A program made the position numbers and the translations under genes. A stretch of DNA of 54,532 nucleotides from Flavobacteriales bacterium (lineage in GTDB: Bacteria; Bacteroidota; Bacteroidia; Flavobacteriales; Flavobacteriaceae): contig JAAESS010000141.1 of the NCBI GenBank assembly GCA_024229195.1, positions 1 to 54,532 of the forward strand, written 5' to 3'. A model generated the notes under the pieces. The model searched no databases. It was not told where the DNA came from and saw only the letters and a list, made by a program, of their open reading frames with translations. This document shows, in pieces, positions 1 to 10,204 of the stretch (positions are counted from its first letter, which is position 1; every line of letters starts with the position of its first letter).

Positions 1-2
1 GA

Positions 3-416
3 CATTATAACCAGCCTATTGCACATTTATGGGGTGGGAATTTCTATGAAGTAATCGGAATTGCCAGGTATTCGAAAGACCGCTGGTTTGGTACCGGAAA
101 ATTAATCGCCGGAAAAAAAGGTTTTGATTTTGAAGGTTCAGACATTAGTTATGGAGGAGACATTTGGCGTTCATATGACGATCGGGTTTCTGACATAGGG
201 AACGATGTGGGTCAGGGAAACTCTACCAATATTTTCATTGCTGACTTGCAGGGTGGTTATGTTTTGAATCCTGCTACCAACCTTCAAATTTTTGGAGGAG
301 TAACTTTTAGAAATTTTTCACCAGATCAATCAGGAAATGTAGTTTCAGAAAACAATACAACCTGGTCTTCCATCGGATTAAAATCAAACTTCTTCAATTG
401 GTATATGGACTTCTAA
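3..416 (+). CDS. C-terminal part (5'-truncated by window) of an outer-membrane beta-barrel protein, RemB/Wzi-like
   Basis: Frame is open from base 3 (HYNQPIAHLWGGNFYEVIGIARY...), longer than the 69-aa ORF call, and ends NWYMDF with a terminal Phe. Resembles flavobacterial RemB-annotated proteins (from memory). Stop overlaps the convergent gene by 4 nt. Confidence 0.6.
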   Translation, partial: HYNQPIAHLWGGNFYEVIGIARYSKDRWFGTGKLIAGKKGFDFEGSDISYGGDIWRSYDDRVSDIGNDVGQGNSTNIFIADLQGGYVLNPATNLQIFGGVTFRNFSPDQSGNVVSENNTTWSSIGLKSNFFNWYMDF

Positions 417-2905
417 AAATAAAATCCAAAACCAACTTTTACAGCAAAATTTGTGGCATTAGGAGCATCTCGATAACTTCCTCTGTATTCAAAATCTACA
501 CGAAATAATTTAAAGATATTGCCAATACCAAAGTGGTATTCCCAATAAATATTTTCAGGTGCAACATAAACAATATCTGAGGCATTGATGTCTCTATTCG
601 CTTGAGAAATTCCGCCAATCACTCCTCTTATTCCTATGATCTCTCTCCATTGAAGATCGCGAATCAAAGGTATTTTGGCAAAGATCTTTCCGTTAAAATT
701 ATGTTCCAGATGCAAAGAAACATATTCATCAGTAATGAATTCATAATAATCAAGCAGATCAAATAAGGTCTTTGATGTGAAAAAGGTCTGGTTACCAGGT
801 ACAATATTTAAAAGTTGTAAAGGAACGGGATTCCATGTTTTTCCTATTTCAAAAGTTGACCTCAATCTACCAAATAAACCCAATTGCATGGGTTGCTCAT
901 AATAGAATTGCAATTTATGGTAATCAAAATCACTGTTAAAAACTCCTTTTATACCTTTGGTATAACTGAAAAAGAAGGTAGGATATCGACCACGGTTACT
1001 TATTGATCTCTCAACCCCAAAACCATATGAATTCCGATTAGGCGTATATTGAACCGCGAAACTAACATCCACCTGTTCAATACTCGACTGAATATCTCCG
1101 TTCTCATCAAAATAATCTACATTAAATTTTTCAGGGTCCGCAGACTCAAGGGTTTTATAGGTTGTTCCAATGCGAAGATCAACATTTTTAATTGGTTCAA
1201 ATGAGACCTTGACATTAGTCAGGTCTATATTCGAAAGTTTTGAATTGTCTCCCCTTGTAAAAATTGATGTCGTGGCAAAACTCCTTTCCAATACTTCGTT
1301 GGAGGTAGTTAAACTCACCCCTAGTTGTTCTATATCCTTACGGGTTCCAAAGGAAAGAATCCATCTGTCCTTGCCCTTAAAAAGGTATTTTCCTTCGATA
1401 CCATATTTAAATTTGGTATCCATAAAACCATATGCCAGATAGCCTTTTACCCGCCATTTGTCGTTCTGACTAAAATAGGTACGAGCACCTGCCTTTAGCC
1501 GAAGGCCTTCAATATCATTATAGCCTACTGTAGAAAAAACAGGTCCAAAATCCCATCCATGGGTAAAATTCCAATAACCAGAAGCCAGAATCTCTCCAAA
1601 TGTATTTATTTGCTGAAAGCGTTTGACATTTTGTAAAGTATCGAGCATTTGATAGATACCAATCTCATTCTTACTCAATTTCTCTTGCCTGTTTTTGGCC
1701 CAGAAATCATCAGATTGATTGTACATCGCCTCATTGTCCTGGATCTGTTCTTTGTATACGTCATCAGATCTTTTTACATTAAATATATGATTATCGTATA
1801 ATGTGGTGCGTTTACCATACACACCTTTTGATTTGTCCTTTTGATTTAAGGAAAAATCTGTCATGATATAATCCCTGGTCAAGAGAAATGCAGAATCATT
1901 AAGTACTTCAAATTCCTGCTCAATATATATATCCTTAACCCAGTTCACATTGGCATTCTTGGTGGCATACATCTGAATTTCCTTGATCGCATAAGTGGTA
2001 TCACTTACCCAAAAATCTCCTTTGAAGGTCAATTCATTTTTTCTTCTGGGATAAAAGAGAATATTATAACACCATTTATTATCGATAAAACTACTGTCTG
2101 TCAAAACATAATTATACACATCAGGTCCAAGTTTTGACAAAGGGCTCGAAAATTTCTTATCAAAGAACAATAAGTAATTATCATAAATATCAAAATCGAC
2201 ATATAACTGTTTCAAAAAAGAAATAAGCGCTTGATTATCCGAGTATCCTGAATTCTTATTTGCCTCCATGATACTGTTTTTCTTTCTTGGATAAATATTC
2301 TTACCGTAGGTTTTGTAGACAGATTCATTGATAAAAATGGGTAAATATACCTTACCTGTAATTTTTGAGGTATCTATTTGGTCAAAAACCATTTCCATAC
2401 CTTCAAATATCTTTCGATCCATTAATTTATCATCTATATTATTGAGGTCAAATTCTATTTTTTCATAGCGATCAAATTCATACCTGTCATACATATTCAG
2501 CCCATTTTTTCTTTTTTGAGCCCATATTTTTTTCAATATATTGATTGCTGGATTATTCTTTCTTTTAATTCTCCCTGAGTAAATAGTGACTTCTTTCAAC
2601 TGATCTCTTCCCTCCATCAATACGATACGAAGATCAAAATTTGATTTTCCTAATGGAATCAATTTGGTTTCAAAGCCTACAAATGAAACCTCTAATTCCT
2701 TGTACGAATTCTCAGATTCAAGATAAAATTTTCCATTTTCATCCGAGATTGTTCCCTCAGTCGATCCTTTAAAAATAATATTTGAAAAAGGTACGGGTTC
2801 ATTAGATTCGTCAAAAACATAACCACTTACCTTCGTCTGACCAATAAGTCCGAAGGAGACAAAGAATAATATGTACAATAGATTTTTCAACATGTTCACA
2901 TCCAA
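413..2905 (-). CDS. DUF5686 family outer-membrane protein with N-terminal carboxypeptidase-regulatory-like domain
   Basis: Signal peptide, then VSGYVFDESNEPVPFSNI..GTISDENGKFYL (CarboxypepD_reg-like); C-terminal GFGFYF barrel signal. True start is probably the ATG at 2893 (MLKNLL). Confidence 0.8.
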   Translation of the reverse strand: MDVNMLKNLLYILFFVSFGLIGQTKVSGYVFDESNEPVPFSNIIFKGSTEGTISDENGKFYLESENSYKELEVSFVGFETKLIPLGKSNFDLRIVLMEGRDQLKEVTIYSGRIKRKNNPAINILKKIWAQKRKNGLNMYDRYEFDRYEKIEFDLNNIDDKLMDRKIFEGMEMVFDQIDTSKITGKVYLPIFINESVYKTYGKNIYPRKKNSIMEANKNSGYSDNQALISFLKQLYVDFDIYDNYLLFFDKKFSSPLSKLGPDVYNYVLTDSSFIDNKWCYNILFYPRRKNELTFKGDFWVSDTTYAIKEIQMYATKNANVNWVKDIYIEQEFEVLNDSAFLLTRDYIMTDFSLNQKDKSKGVYGKRTTLYDNHIFNVKRSDDVYKEQIQDNEAMYNQSDDFWAKNRQEKLSKNEIGIYQMLDTLQNVKRFQQINTFGEILASGYWNFTHGWDFGPVFSTVGYNDIEGLRLKAGARTYFSQNDKWRVKGYLAYGFMDTKFKYGIEGKYLFKGKDRWILSFGTRKDIEQLGVSLTTSNEVLERSFATTSIFTRGDNSKLSNIDLTNVKVSFEPIKNVDLRIGTTYKTLESADPEKFNVDYFDENGDIQSSIEQVDVSFAVQYTPNRNSYGFGVERSISNRGRYPTFFFSYTKGIKGVFNSDFDYHKLQFYYEQPMQLGLFGRLRSTFEIGKTWNPVPLQLLNIVPGNQTFFTSKTLFDLLDYYEFITDEYVSLHLEHNFNGKIFAKIPLIRDLQWREIIGIRGVIGGISQANRDINASDIVYVAPENIYWEYHFGIGNIFKLFRVDFEYRGSYRDAPNATNFAVKVGFGFYF

Positions 2906-3007
2906 TAAAAAATCCTTTCCAAAAGAAAGGAGAATGGAAAGACAAAAATATTATTTTCTATCAATAAAACTTTTTAATTATGAATTAATTTAAGGCTGGC
3001 CAGATCT

Positions 3008-3889
3008 TTATAAACTGCTCATATATCGCTTTGGTGTAGCTCCAAATTTCTTCTTAAAGGCAGCAATAAAATGACTTGGTGTACTGTAACCGACTTCAAA
3101 ACTTACCTCAGTAATATTATATTTCCTCGTTGTAAGCAGTTTCCTGGCATATTCCATTTTATAATTTAACAAGTAAGCAAAAACAGTTTCCCCATAAATA
3201 TGTTTAAATCCATCCTTTAGATGCTGTAATGGCAAATTGATCTGATGTGCCAATTGAGTAAGACTAGGCGGTTCTGTCATACTCTCAATGATAATTTGCT
3301 TTGCCTTTTGGATCTTTTCTACATTAGCTTCATCCTCAAGAAAAGGACAATTCTGAACACCATCATTATCCGATTTGTGAAAGTATAAACTAATCAACTC
3401 ATAAACCTTACCCCTTGAATAGAGTTTTTCTAGTGAAGAATGCAAACCATAATGAAAAATCTGATTGAGTACCATCATTTCATTGGGGTTGAGCTCCTTA
3501 TCTCTATAGCACTTTTTACTCTTGTTTTCTCCACTTAGGAAATGAATCAACCCGGCTTCCTGGGTAAAAAAAGTGTGAAACTTTTCAATTCTTATCAATA
3601 AACTAATCACTTTGGATCCTGGATTCATACTCAAATGTAGCGGAAGATCCTGCTCAGGATTGTATAATAAATACGATTTGTTTTCTGGTAAATCCAAGGC
3701 ATAATGACCTCCATTAAATTTTAACTTGGCCATGTTTTTTATGCAAAAATGTAATTGTAAGAACGACTTATCAACATTTCTACTCACTTCGATCTCATGA
3801 TCTTCCTCGTTGTGATATTTCAACAAATAAAACCCATCTTCTATTTTGTTATCTTCCAAAACACTTTTGTCGACACTATTCCTCGCCAT
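3008..3889 (-). CDS. AraC family transcriptional regulator
   Basis: C-terminal double HTH: PSLTQLAHQINL...NITEVSFEVGYSTPSHFIAAFKKKFGATP. Confidence 0.9.
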   Translation of the reverse strand: MARNSVDKSVLEDNKIEDGFYLLKYHNEEDHEIEVSRNVDKSFLQLHFCIKNMAKLKFNGGHYALDLPENKSYLLYNPEQDLPLHLSMNPGSKVISLLIRIEKFHTFFTQEAGLIHFLSGENKSKKCYRDKELNPNEMMVLNQIFHYGLHSSLEKLYSRGKVYELISLYFHKSDNDGVQNCPFLEDEANVEKIQKAKQIIIESMTEPPSLTQLAHQINLPLQHLKDGFKHIYGETVFAYLLNYKMEYARKLLTTRKYNITEVSFEVGYSTPSHFIAAFKKKFGATPKRYMSSL

Positions 3890-3949
3890 ATTTTTTCTAT
3901 TAATTCACAAAATCGATTTTAAACCTTTATTTAAAGGCTTTTAAGCGCA

Positions 3950-3957
3950 CAAAGATA
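3950..3957 (-). promoter_or_regulatory. Bacteroidota -7 promoter element (TATCTTTG) for the araC gene
   Basis: Exact TAnnTTTG on the minus strand, about 60 nt upstream of the start and downstream of the pdhB terminator. Confidence 0.6.
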
Positions 3958-4013
3958 CGTAAAATTAATTGATCCAATTCCAACTTTTATCGTTATAAAT
4001 ATAATAAAAGACC

Positions 4014-4044
4014 AAAAAAAAGCCATCTGATAAAACAAATGGCT
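4014..4044 (-). terminator. Intrinsic terminator of pdhB
   Basis: Minus strand AGCCATTTG-ttttat-CAGATGGCT followed by a T-run, 23 nt after the stop. Confidence 0.65.
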
Positions 4045-4067
4045 CCTAATATATTGTAAAAAATCTA

Positions 4068-5045
4068 TTACAGATACATTACTTTTTTGACCGCATTGAT
4101 CACATCCTGCTTGTTTGGCATCCATTCCTCCAATAACACAGGAGAAAACGGAGCTGGTGTGTCAGCCGTAGTAATTCTCTGAATCGGTGCATCAAGAAAA
4201 TCAAATGCATTTTCCTGAACTTGATAAGTGATCTCAGAAGATACACTGGCAAACGGCCAGGCCTCCTCAAGAATCACCAATCTGTTGGTCTTCTTTACCG
4301 AATTTAAAATTGCTTCATGATCCATCGGACGAATCGTACGAAGATCAATAATTTCAACCGAGATTCCTTCTTTCTCTAACTCTTCTGCTGCTTTATAGGC
4401 TTCTTTTATGATTTTACCGAAGCTTACCACAGTAACATCAGTACCTTCTCTTTTGATATCGGCGACACCAATTGGAAGAATGTATTCTCCTTCAGGTACC
4501 TCCCCTTTATCTCCATACATCTGTTCAGACTCCATAAAAATGACCGGATCATCATCTCTGATCGCCGCTTTTAAAAGTCCTTTTGCATCATAAGGATTTG
4601 AGGGCACGATCACTTTCAATCCAGGAGTATTGGCATACCAATTTTCAAATGACTGAGAATGTGTTGCTCCTAACTGACCTGCTGAACCAGTAGGTCCTCT
4701 GAATACAATAGGTATATTGAACTGACCACCGGACATCTGCCTCATTTTAGCCGCATTGTTGATAATTTGATCGATCCCTACCAGTGAAAAGTTGAATGTC
4801 ATAAATTCAACAATAGGTCTGGCACCTCCCATAGCAGAGCCAACAGCTATTCCTGAAAATCCAAGTTCAGCGATCGGTGTATCTATGACACGCTTTTCTC
4901 CAAACTCATCGAGCATACCTTTTGACGCCTTGTAGGCACCATTATATTCAGCTACTTCCTCACCCATCAGATAAACAGATTCATCTCTGCGCATTTCTTC
5001 GCTCATTGCCTCAGCAATCGCTTCTCTAAATTGTAATACTTTCAT
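4068..5045 (-). CDS. pdhB: Pyruvate dehydrogenase E1 component beta subunit
   Basis: GEEVAEYNGAYKASKG, DTPIAELGF, EFMTFNFS, HSQSFE motifs. Confidence 0.95.
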   Translation of the reverse strand: MKVLQFREAIAEAMSEEMRRDESVYLMGEEVAEYNGAYKASKGMLDEFGEKRVIDTPIAELGFSGIAVGSAMGGARPIVEFMTFNFSLVGIDQIINNAAKMRQMSGGQFNIPIVFRGPTGSAGQLGATHSQSFENWYANTPGLKVIVPSNPYDAKGLLKAAIRDDDPVIFMESEQMYGDKGEVPEGEYILPIGVADIKREGTDVTVVSFGKIIKEAYKAAEELEKEGISVEIIDLRTIRPMDHEAILNSVKKTNRLVILEEAWPFASVSSEITYQVQENAFDFLDAPIQRITTADTPAPFSPVLLEEWMPNKQDVINAVKKVMYL

Positions 5046-5177
5046 ATTTTAGTAATAAAGGACTGCAAAAATAACTAATTTTGATGAATATCATTAGGGT
5101 GTAGAATACAATTTTTAGAGAAAAAAATATGCATCTTTGCGCTGCTATGATGTTAAAAGAAAGGATATTTAAAATTT

Positions 5178-5195
5178 TACTATGCATGCATAATA
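5178..5195. promoter_or_regulatory. Palindromic operator candidate in the pdhB/etfB divergent region
   Basis: TACTATGCATGCATAATA with a perfect 12-bp core TATGCATGCATA (5181-5192), about 20 nt upstream of a TAACTTCG -7-like box (5212-5219). Confidence 0.5.
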
Positions 5196-5257
5196 TATTG
5201 AAAATATTTTTTAACTTCGTTGCCAAGAAATTCAATATCCATTTTAACTAAGGAAAA

Positions 5258-6004
5258 ATGAAAATAATAGTTTGTATTAGTCACGTACCGGATACCACAT
5301 CGAAAATAAATTTTGCCGATGACAACACGAAATTTGATACCAATGGGGTTCAATTTGTGATCAATCCGTATGACGAATTTGCGCTAACAAGAGCCATGTG
5401 GTTCAAAGAAAAACAAGGTGCCACAGTAACAGTTGCAACGGTTGGTGGTTCAAATGTTGAGCCAACTCTTCGTAAAGCACTTGCTATTGGAGCAGATGAT
5501 GCCATAAGAATTGATACTGAACCTACAGATGGGTTTATGGTGGCCAAACAACTATCTGAAGTAATCAAATCAGAAGGATTTGACCTGATTTTAGCTGGTA
5601 AAGAGTCGAGTGATTATAATGGGGGAATGGTTCCCGGTATGATTGCAGAACTACTTGGTTTCAATTTCGTCAATGCGAGTATTGGCCTGGAAGTGGATAA
5701 TAATCATGCAACTGTGGTTCGTGAGATTGACGGCGGAAAGGAAGTGGTCAATTGTGATTTACCTTTGATCGCTGCTGGTCAAAAAGGTCTGGTTGAAGAA
5801 AAAGACCTGAGAATACCCAATATGAGAGGAATCATGATGGCACGAAAAAAACCGCTTAAAGTAGTTGCTCCAGCCAATATTGATGGTAGTACTTCTACCG
5901 CCAAATACGAAAAACCTGAAAGTAAAGGAGCTTGTAAAATAGTTGATGCAAATAATATCGATGAACTAATCAAGCTGCTTCATGACGAAGCCAAAGTAAT
6001 TTAA
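5258..6004 (+). CDS. etfB: Electron transfer flavoprotein beta subunit
   Basis: MKIIVCISHVPDT, NPYDEFAL, LRKALAIGAD, LRIPNMRGIM. Confidence 0.95.
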   Translation: MKIIVCISHVPDTTSKINFADDNTKFDTNGVQFVINPYDEFALTRAMWFKEKQGATVTVATVGGSNVEPTLRKALAIGADDAIRIDTEPTDGFMVAKQLSEVIKSEGFDLILAGKESSDYNGGMVPGMIAELLGFNFVNASIGLEVDNNHATVVREIDGGKEVVNCDLPLIAAGQKGLVEEKDLRIPNMRGIMMARKKPLKVVAPANIDGSTSTAKYEKPESKGACKIVDANNIDELIKLLHDEAKVI

Positions 6005-6062
6005 AATTAAAAAACAGATAAAGCAGTCATCTCCGGATGCCTTTATAATAAAATCTTAATCT

Positions 6063-7028
6063 ATGTCAGTATTAGTATTCGCAGATCATTCAGATGGAAA
6101 ATTTAAAAAAACAGCTTTTGAAGTTGTTTCATTTGGAAAACAAATTGCAAAGAAGGCAGAAACATCACTCGTAGTTGTTACCATAAATGTTAGTGAGGTA
6201 GATCCGCTGTCAGCATATGGCGCAGACAAAATTCTTAAAATTCAAGATTCAAAGCTAGACGCATTTAGTGCCAAGGCTTACGCTGATTGTATTCATCAGG
6301 CGGCTGAGAAAGAATCTGCAAACATTGTTGTGGTTGATTCGACAAGTAATGGTATGTATATCGCGCCCCTTCTCGCAGTGAAATTACAGGCAGGTTACGC
6401 TTCAAATGTTGTGGATTATCCAAGCGCAATGGAGCCTTTTACCGTTAAGCGAAAAGCATTTTCTTCAAAAGGATTTAGTTTTACTGAAATACATTCAGAG
6501 AATAAATTACTCGGACTAGCAAAGAATTCTGTTGGTCTAACAGAAGAAGCAGTCAGTTCAGTGATAGAAGACTTTAGTCCTTCTTTGAATGATGATGACT
6601 TTAAGATCAGTTCTGCCTCTGTTGACAAAACTACAGGAACAGTTACCATCGCAGATGCCGATACTGTGGTATCAGGTGGTAGAGGACTAAAAGGACCTGA
6701 AAACTGGGGAATGATCGAAGAATTAGCGGAGGTATTAGGAGCCGCAACAGCTTGTTCCAAACCAGTATCTGATCTGGGCTGGAGACCTCATAGTGAACAC
6801 GTAGGACAAACCGGAAAACCTGTAACCTCTAACCTATATATTGCCATTGGTATTTCAGGTGCAATTCAACATCTGGCGGGTGTCAATTCCTCAAAAGTAA
6901 AGGTGGTGATCAATAATGACGCTGAAGCTCCCTTCTTCAAAGCTGCTGACTATGGCATTGTTGGCGATGCTTTTGACGTAGTTCCAGAATTGATCACAAA
7001 ACTAAAAGAATTTAAAAGCAATCAGTAA
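6063..7028 (+). CDS. etfA: Electron transfer flavoprotein alpha subunit
   Basis: VSGGRG, VGQTGK, LYIAIGISGAIQHLAG FAD-binding motifs. Confidence 0.95.
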   Translation: MSVLVFADHSDGKFKKTAFEVVSFGKQIAKKAETSLVVVTINVSEVDPLSAYGADKILKIQDSKLDAFSAKAYADCIHQAAEKESANIVVVDSTSNGMYIAPLLAVKLQAGYASNVVDYPSAMEPFTVKRKAFSSKGFSFTEIHSENKLLGLAKNSVGLTEEAVSSVIEDFSPSLNDDDFKISSASVDKTTGTVTIADADTVVSGGRGLKGPENWGMIEELAEVLGAATACSKPVSDLGWRPHSEHVGQTGKPVTSNLYIAIGISGAIQHLAGVNSSKVKVVINNDAEAPFFKAADYGIVGDAFDVVPELITKLKEFKSNQ

Positions 7029-7060
7029 GAAGATATAATTTTTAGTAAATTGCCGCTTCT

Positions 7061-7114
7061 AAAGGCTATCAGAATTTATGACGCTCATTAGTCCCTAATT
7101 TTGATGGTCTTTTT
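7061..7114 (+). terminator. Long hairpin plus U-tract after etfA (terminator or leader element)
   Basis: AAAGGCTATCAGAATT...AATTTTGATGGTCTTT: 16-bp stem with three G.U pairs that form only on the + strand RNA, followed by TTCATTTT. Confidence 0.55.
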
Positions 7115-7192
7115 CATTTTTATTTGTAAATTGAATTGCCTTATACTTAAATTTGTTGCAAATTTGGTATTTATCATAATCAAGTCAAACCT

Positions 7193-7807
7193 GTGAGTCT
7201 AGTACGTTTAAATATTAAAGGAATCTCCTATAGTCAAACCCAGAGTGGTGCTTATGCTTTGGTATTAAGTGAAGAAGACGGAGAGCGAACTTTACCTATA
7301 ATTATTGGTGCTTTTGAGGCCCAATCAATTGCCATAGCCCTTGAAAAAGAAATCAAACCTCCGAGACCACTTACGCATGACCTGTTTAAAAGTTTCGCAG
7401 ATCGATTCAATATTATTGTAAAACAAGTGATCATCCATAAACTGGTTGACGGTGTTTTTTATTCAAGTCTCATATGTGAATGCGATAAGATCGAAGAGAT
7501 CATTGATGCCCGGACTTCAGATGCTATAGCTCTGGCGACCAGATTTAAAGCACCTATTTTTACCTTTGAAAATATTCTGGATAAGGCAGGTATTATTCTA
7601 AAAATTAAAGATGAGTCAAAACTGGCTGAATCTAAATTCAAAATGGAAGATCTGGTGGCTAATGTTGTCGAAGAAACCGAAACTTCAACCTTTAAAGACG
7701 AATCGCTTGAGGAACTCCTCAAACAACTGGATCAGGCAGTGAATAATGAAGACTATGAACTAGCCGCAAAAATCAGAGATGAAATCTCAAAAAGAGAGAA
7801 AAAGTAA
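7193..7807 (+). CDS. Bifunctional nuclease (DUF151) family protein with C-terminal UVR domain
   Basis: LPIIIGAFEAQSIA, PRPLTHDL, IDARTSDAIALA; C-terminal AVNNEDYELAAKIRDEI (UvrB/C motif). GTG start; TAAATTTG at 7148-7155. Confidence 0.9.
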   Translation: MSLVRLNIKGISYSQTQSGAYALVLSEEDGERTLPIIIGAFEAQSIAIALEKEIKPPRPLTHDLFKSFADRFNIIVKQVIIHKLVDGVFYSSLICECDKIEEIIDARTSDAIALATRFKAPIFTFENILDKAGIILKIKDESKLAESKFKMEDLVANVVEETETSTFKDESLEELLKQLDQAVNNEDYELAAKIRDEISKREKK

Positions 7808-7813
7808 GAACCT

Positions 7814-9208
7814 ATGCTAAAAAAAATACTCTCTTTGAGTTTTCTATTTCTCCTGTCAATCCCCTTAAGAGCCCAGCAGTTAAGCGAACAAATCACTCCA
7901 AGTGCAGGAGCCTCATTTGAATCTATATTGCGAGGTGTACTCGGGATGATCGTTCTGATTTTTCTGGCCTATCTTTTTAGCTCAAACAAAAAAGCCATTG
8001 AATGGAAAACAGTGGGAATAGGACTATCCTTTCAATTGCTTATTGCAATTGGAGTCTTAAAAGTTAAATTTATTCAAGTTGGTTTTGAAGCTGTGGGTAA
8101 GATTTTTGTCAGTGTTCTTGACTTTACAAGAGCCGGTAGCAAATTCCTTTTTGAGGGCCTCGTAGTAGATATGAGCACTTTTGGATATATTTTTGCTTTT
8201 CAGGTATTACCGACGATTATCTTTTTCTCTGCACTGACCTCTCTACTCTATTATCTTGGGATTATTCAAAAAGTTGTAAAAGGTATGGCCTGGCTTCTTT
8301 CTAAAGTATTGAAAATCTCTGGAGCTGAAAGTTTGAGTGTAGCCGGTAATATATTTCTTGGGCAAACAGAAGCACCATTATTGATCAAAGCCTATCTGGA
8401 AAAAATGAATCGTTCTGAAATGCTATTGGTAATGATTGGTGGTATGGCTACGGTTGCAGGTGCAGTACTTGCCGCTTACATTGGATTTTTAGGTGGGGAT
8501 GACCCTGTGATGCGCTTAAAATTTGCAAAACACCTCTTGGCAGCCTCTGTAATGGCGGCACCCGGAGCAATTGTTATCTCTAAAATTCTCTATCCTCAAA
8601 CTGAACCAATCAGTTCAGATGTTCAGGTTTCCTCTCAAAAAATAGGAACCAATATTTTGGATGCAATATCCAACGGAACTACTGAAGGCTTAAAACTTGC
8701 TGTAAATGTTGGCGCTATGTTACTTGTTTTTGTCGCTTTTATTGCAATGATCAACGGAATTTTAGAATGGGTAGGTGATATCACCACACTGAACGATTGG
8801 ATGGCAGCCAATACACCTTATCCCAAATTTACACTGGAATCAATTCTGGGAACTGTTTTTGCACCGCTGATGTGGCTTATTGGAGTCGCAAAAAACGATG
8901 TCATGATGATGGGACAGCTATTGGGAATTAAGCTTGCGGCCAGTGAATTTGTCGGATATATTCAACTGGCAGAATTAAAAGATGTCGCAAATGTTATTCA
9001 CCTGAACAACAGTAAATCAGTTATTATGGCAACCTATATGCTTTGTGGCTTTGCAAATTTTGCTTCAATTGGCATTCAAATAGGTGGAATTGGTTCACTT
9101 GCGCCTGGGCAAAGAAAAACTTTGTCAGAATTCGGTATGAAAGCCTTGATCGGTGGGTCCTTAGCATCTCTACTCTCTGCAACCATAGCAGGAATGATCA
9201 TCGGTTAA
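7814..9208 (+). CDS. nupC: Na+-dependent nucleoside transporter, CNT/NupC family
   Basis: FAFQVLPTIIFFSAL, NIFLGQTEAPL, LCGFANFASIGIQIGG. Confidence 0.92.
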   Translation: MLKKILSLSFLFLLSIPLRAQQLSEQITPSAGASFESILRGVLGMIVLIFLAYLFSSNKKAIEWKTVGIGLSFQLLIAIGVLKVKFIQVGFEAVGKIFVSVLDFTRAGSKFLFEGLVVDMSTFGYIFAFQVLPTIIFFSALTSLLYYLGIIQKVVKGMAWLLSKVLKISGAESLSVAGNIFLGQTEAPLLIKAYLEKMNRSEMLLVMIGGMATVAGAVLAAYIGFLGGDDPVMRLKFAKHLLAASVMAAPGAIVISKILYPQTEPISSDVQVSSQKIGTNILDAISNGTTEGLKLAVNVGAMLLVFVAFIAMINGILEWVGDITTLNDWMAANTPYPKFTLESILGTVFAPLMWLIGVAKNDVMMMGQLLGIKLAASEFVGYIQLAELKDVANVIHLNNSKSVIMATYMLCGFANFASIGIQIGGIGSLAPGQRKTLSEFGMKALIGGSLASLLSATIAGMIIG

Positions 9209-9279
9209 TTGATTTGAACAGCTACAAATTGTTTAAAGAATATTAACACTGCAATTGGTAAAATTAAACAAGAATATTT

Positions 9280-9287
9280 TATCTTTG
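9280..9287 (+). promoter_or_regulatory. -7 promoter element (TATCTTTG) for the thyA operon
   Basis: Exact TAnnTTTG, 75 nt upstream of thyA. Confidence 0.55.
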
Positions 9288-9361
9288 AAGACTACTTTAT
9301 TAGAAAAATCTGATCTTTAAAAACAGGTTTTTTCATTAATTTTTTTAACAGAAAGAACAAA

Positions 9362-10186
9362 ATGAAGCAATATTTAGATTTGATCCAACATGTGATCGAT
9401 CATGGAATTACCAAAGAAGACAGAACAGGTACAGGAACCAGAAGCGTTTTTGGATATCAAATGAGGTTTGACCTGAATGAAGGCTTTCCGATGGTAACAA
9501 CTAAAAAATTGCATTTGAAATCGATAATTCACGAATTGCTTTGGTTTTTAAAAGGTGATACCAATATTGCCTATTTAAAAGAAAATGGCGTCAAAATATG
9601 GGATGCCTGGGCAAATGAGAACGGCGACCTTGGCCCTGTATATGGTTACCAATGGAGAAACTGGAACGGAGATGGAATCGACCAGATCAAAGAAGTTGTT
9701 GAGACGATCAAGCATAACCCTGACAGTCGCAGAATGATTGTTTCTGCATGGAATCCGAGTGTTTTGCCTGATACCAGCGTGAGCTTTTCCGAAAATGTTG
9801 CCAATAATAAAGCGGCGCTACCTCCATGTCATGCATTCTTTCAGTTCTATGTAAGTGAAGGAAAGTTGTCTTGCCAATTATACCAGCGAAGTGCTGATAT
9901 TTTTCTCGGCGTTCCCTTTAATATTGCTTCTTATGCCCTATTCACTATGATGTTGGCACAAGTTACAGAATTACAATACGGTGATTTTATTCACACTTTT
10001 GGAGATGCCCATATTTATAGTAATCATATGGAACAAATTGAACTTCAATTGAGTCGCGATCCCAAACCCTTACCCAAAATGATTATTAACCCGGAAATCA
10101 AAAATATCTTTGAATTTTCATTTAAAGATTTTAACTTAGTAGATTACGAGCATCACCCTCATATAAGAGGAAAAGTCTCTGTTTAA
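9362..10186 (+). CDS. thyA: Thymidylate synthase
   Basis: DRTGTGT, LPPCH catalytic Cys, [18 protein letters not shown]. Confidence 0.98.
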   Translation: MKQYLDLIQHVIDHGITKEDRTGTGTRSVFGYQMRFDLNEGFPMVTTKKLHLKSIIHELLWFLKGDTNIAYLKENGVKIWDAWANENGDLGPVYGYQWRNWNGDGIDQIKEVVETIKHNPDSRRMIVSAWNPSVLPDTSVSFSENVANNKAALPPCHAFFQFYVSEGKLSCQLYQRSADIFLGVPFNIASYALFTMMLAQVTELQYGDFIHTFGDAHIYSNHMEQIELQLSRDPKPLPKMIINPEIKNIFEFSFKDFNLVDYEHHPHIRGKVSV

Positions 10187-10204
10187 CCTCGAAAATAGAA
10201 GCCT

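Noticed and set aside
9304-9340. Weak hairpin plus U-run in the thyA leader as an attenuator or riboswitch
   Set aside because: Stem is mostly A-U with an 11-nt loop; no recognisable aptamer; expected by chance in AT-rich DNA
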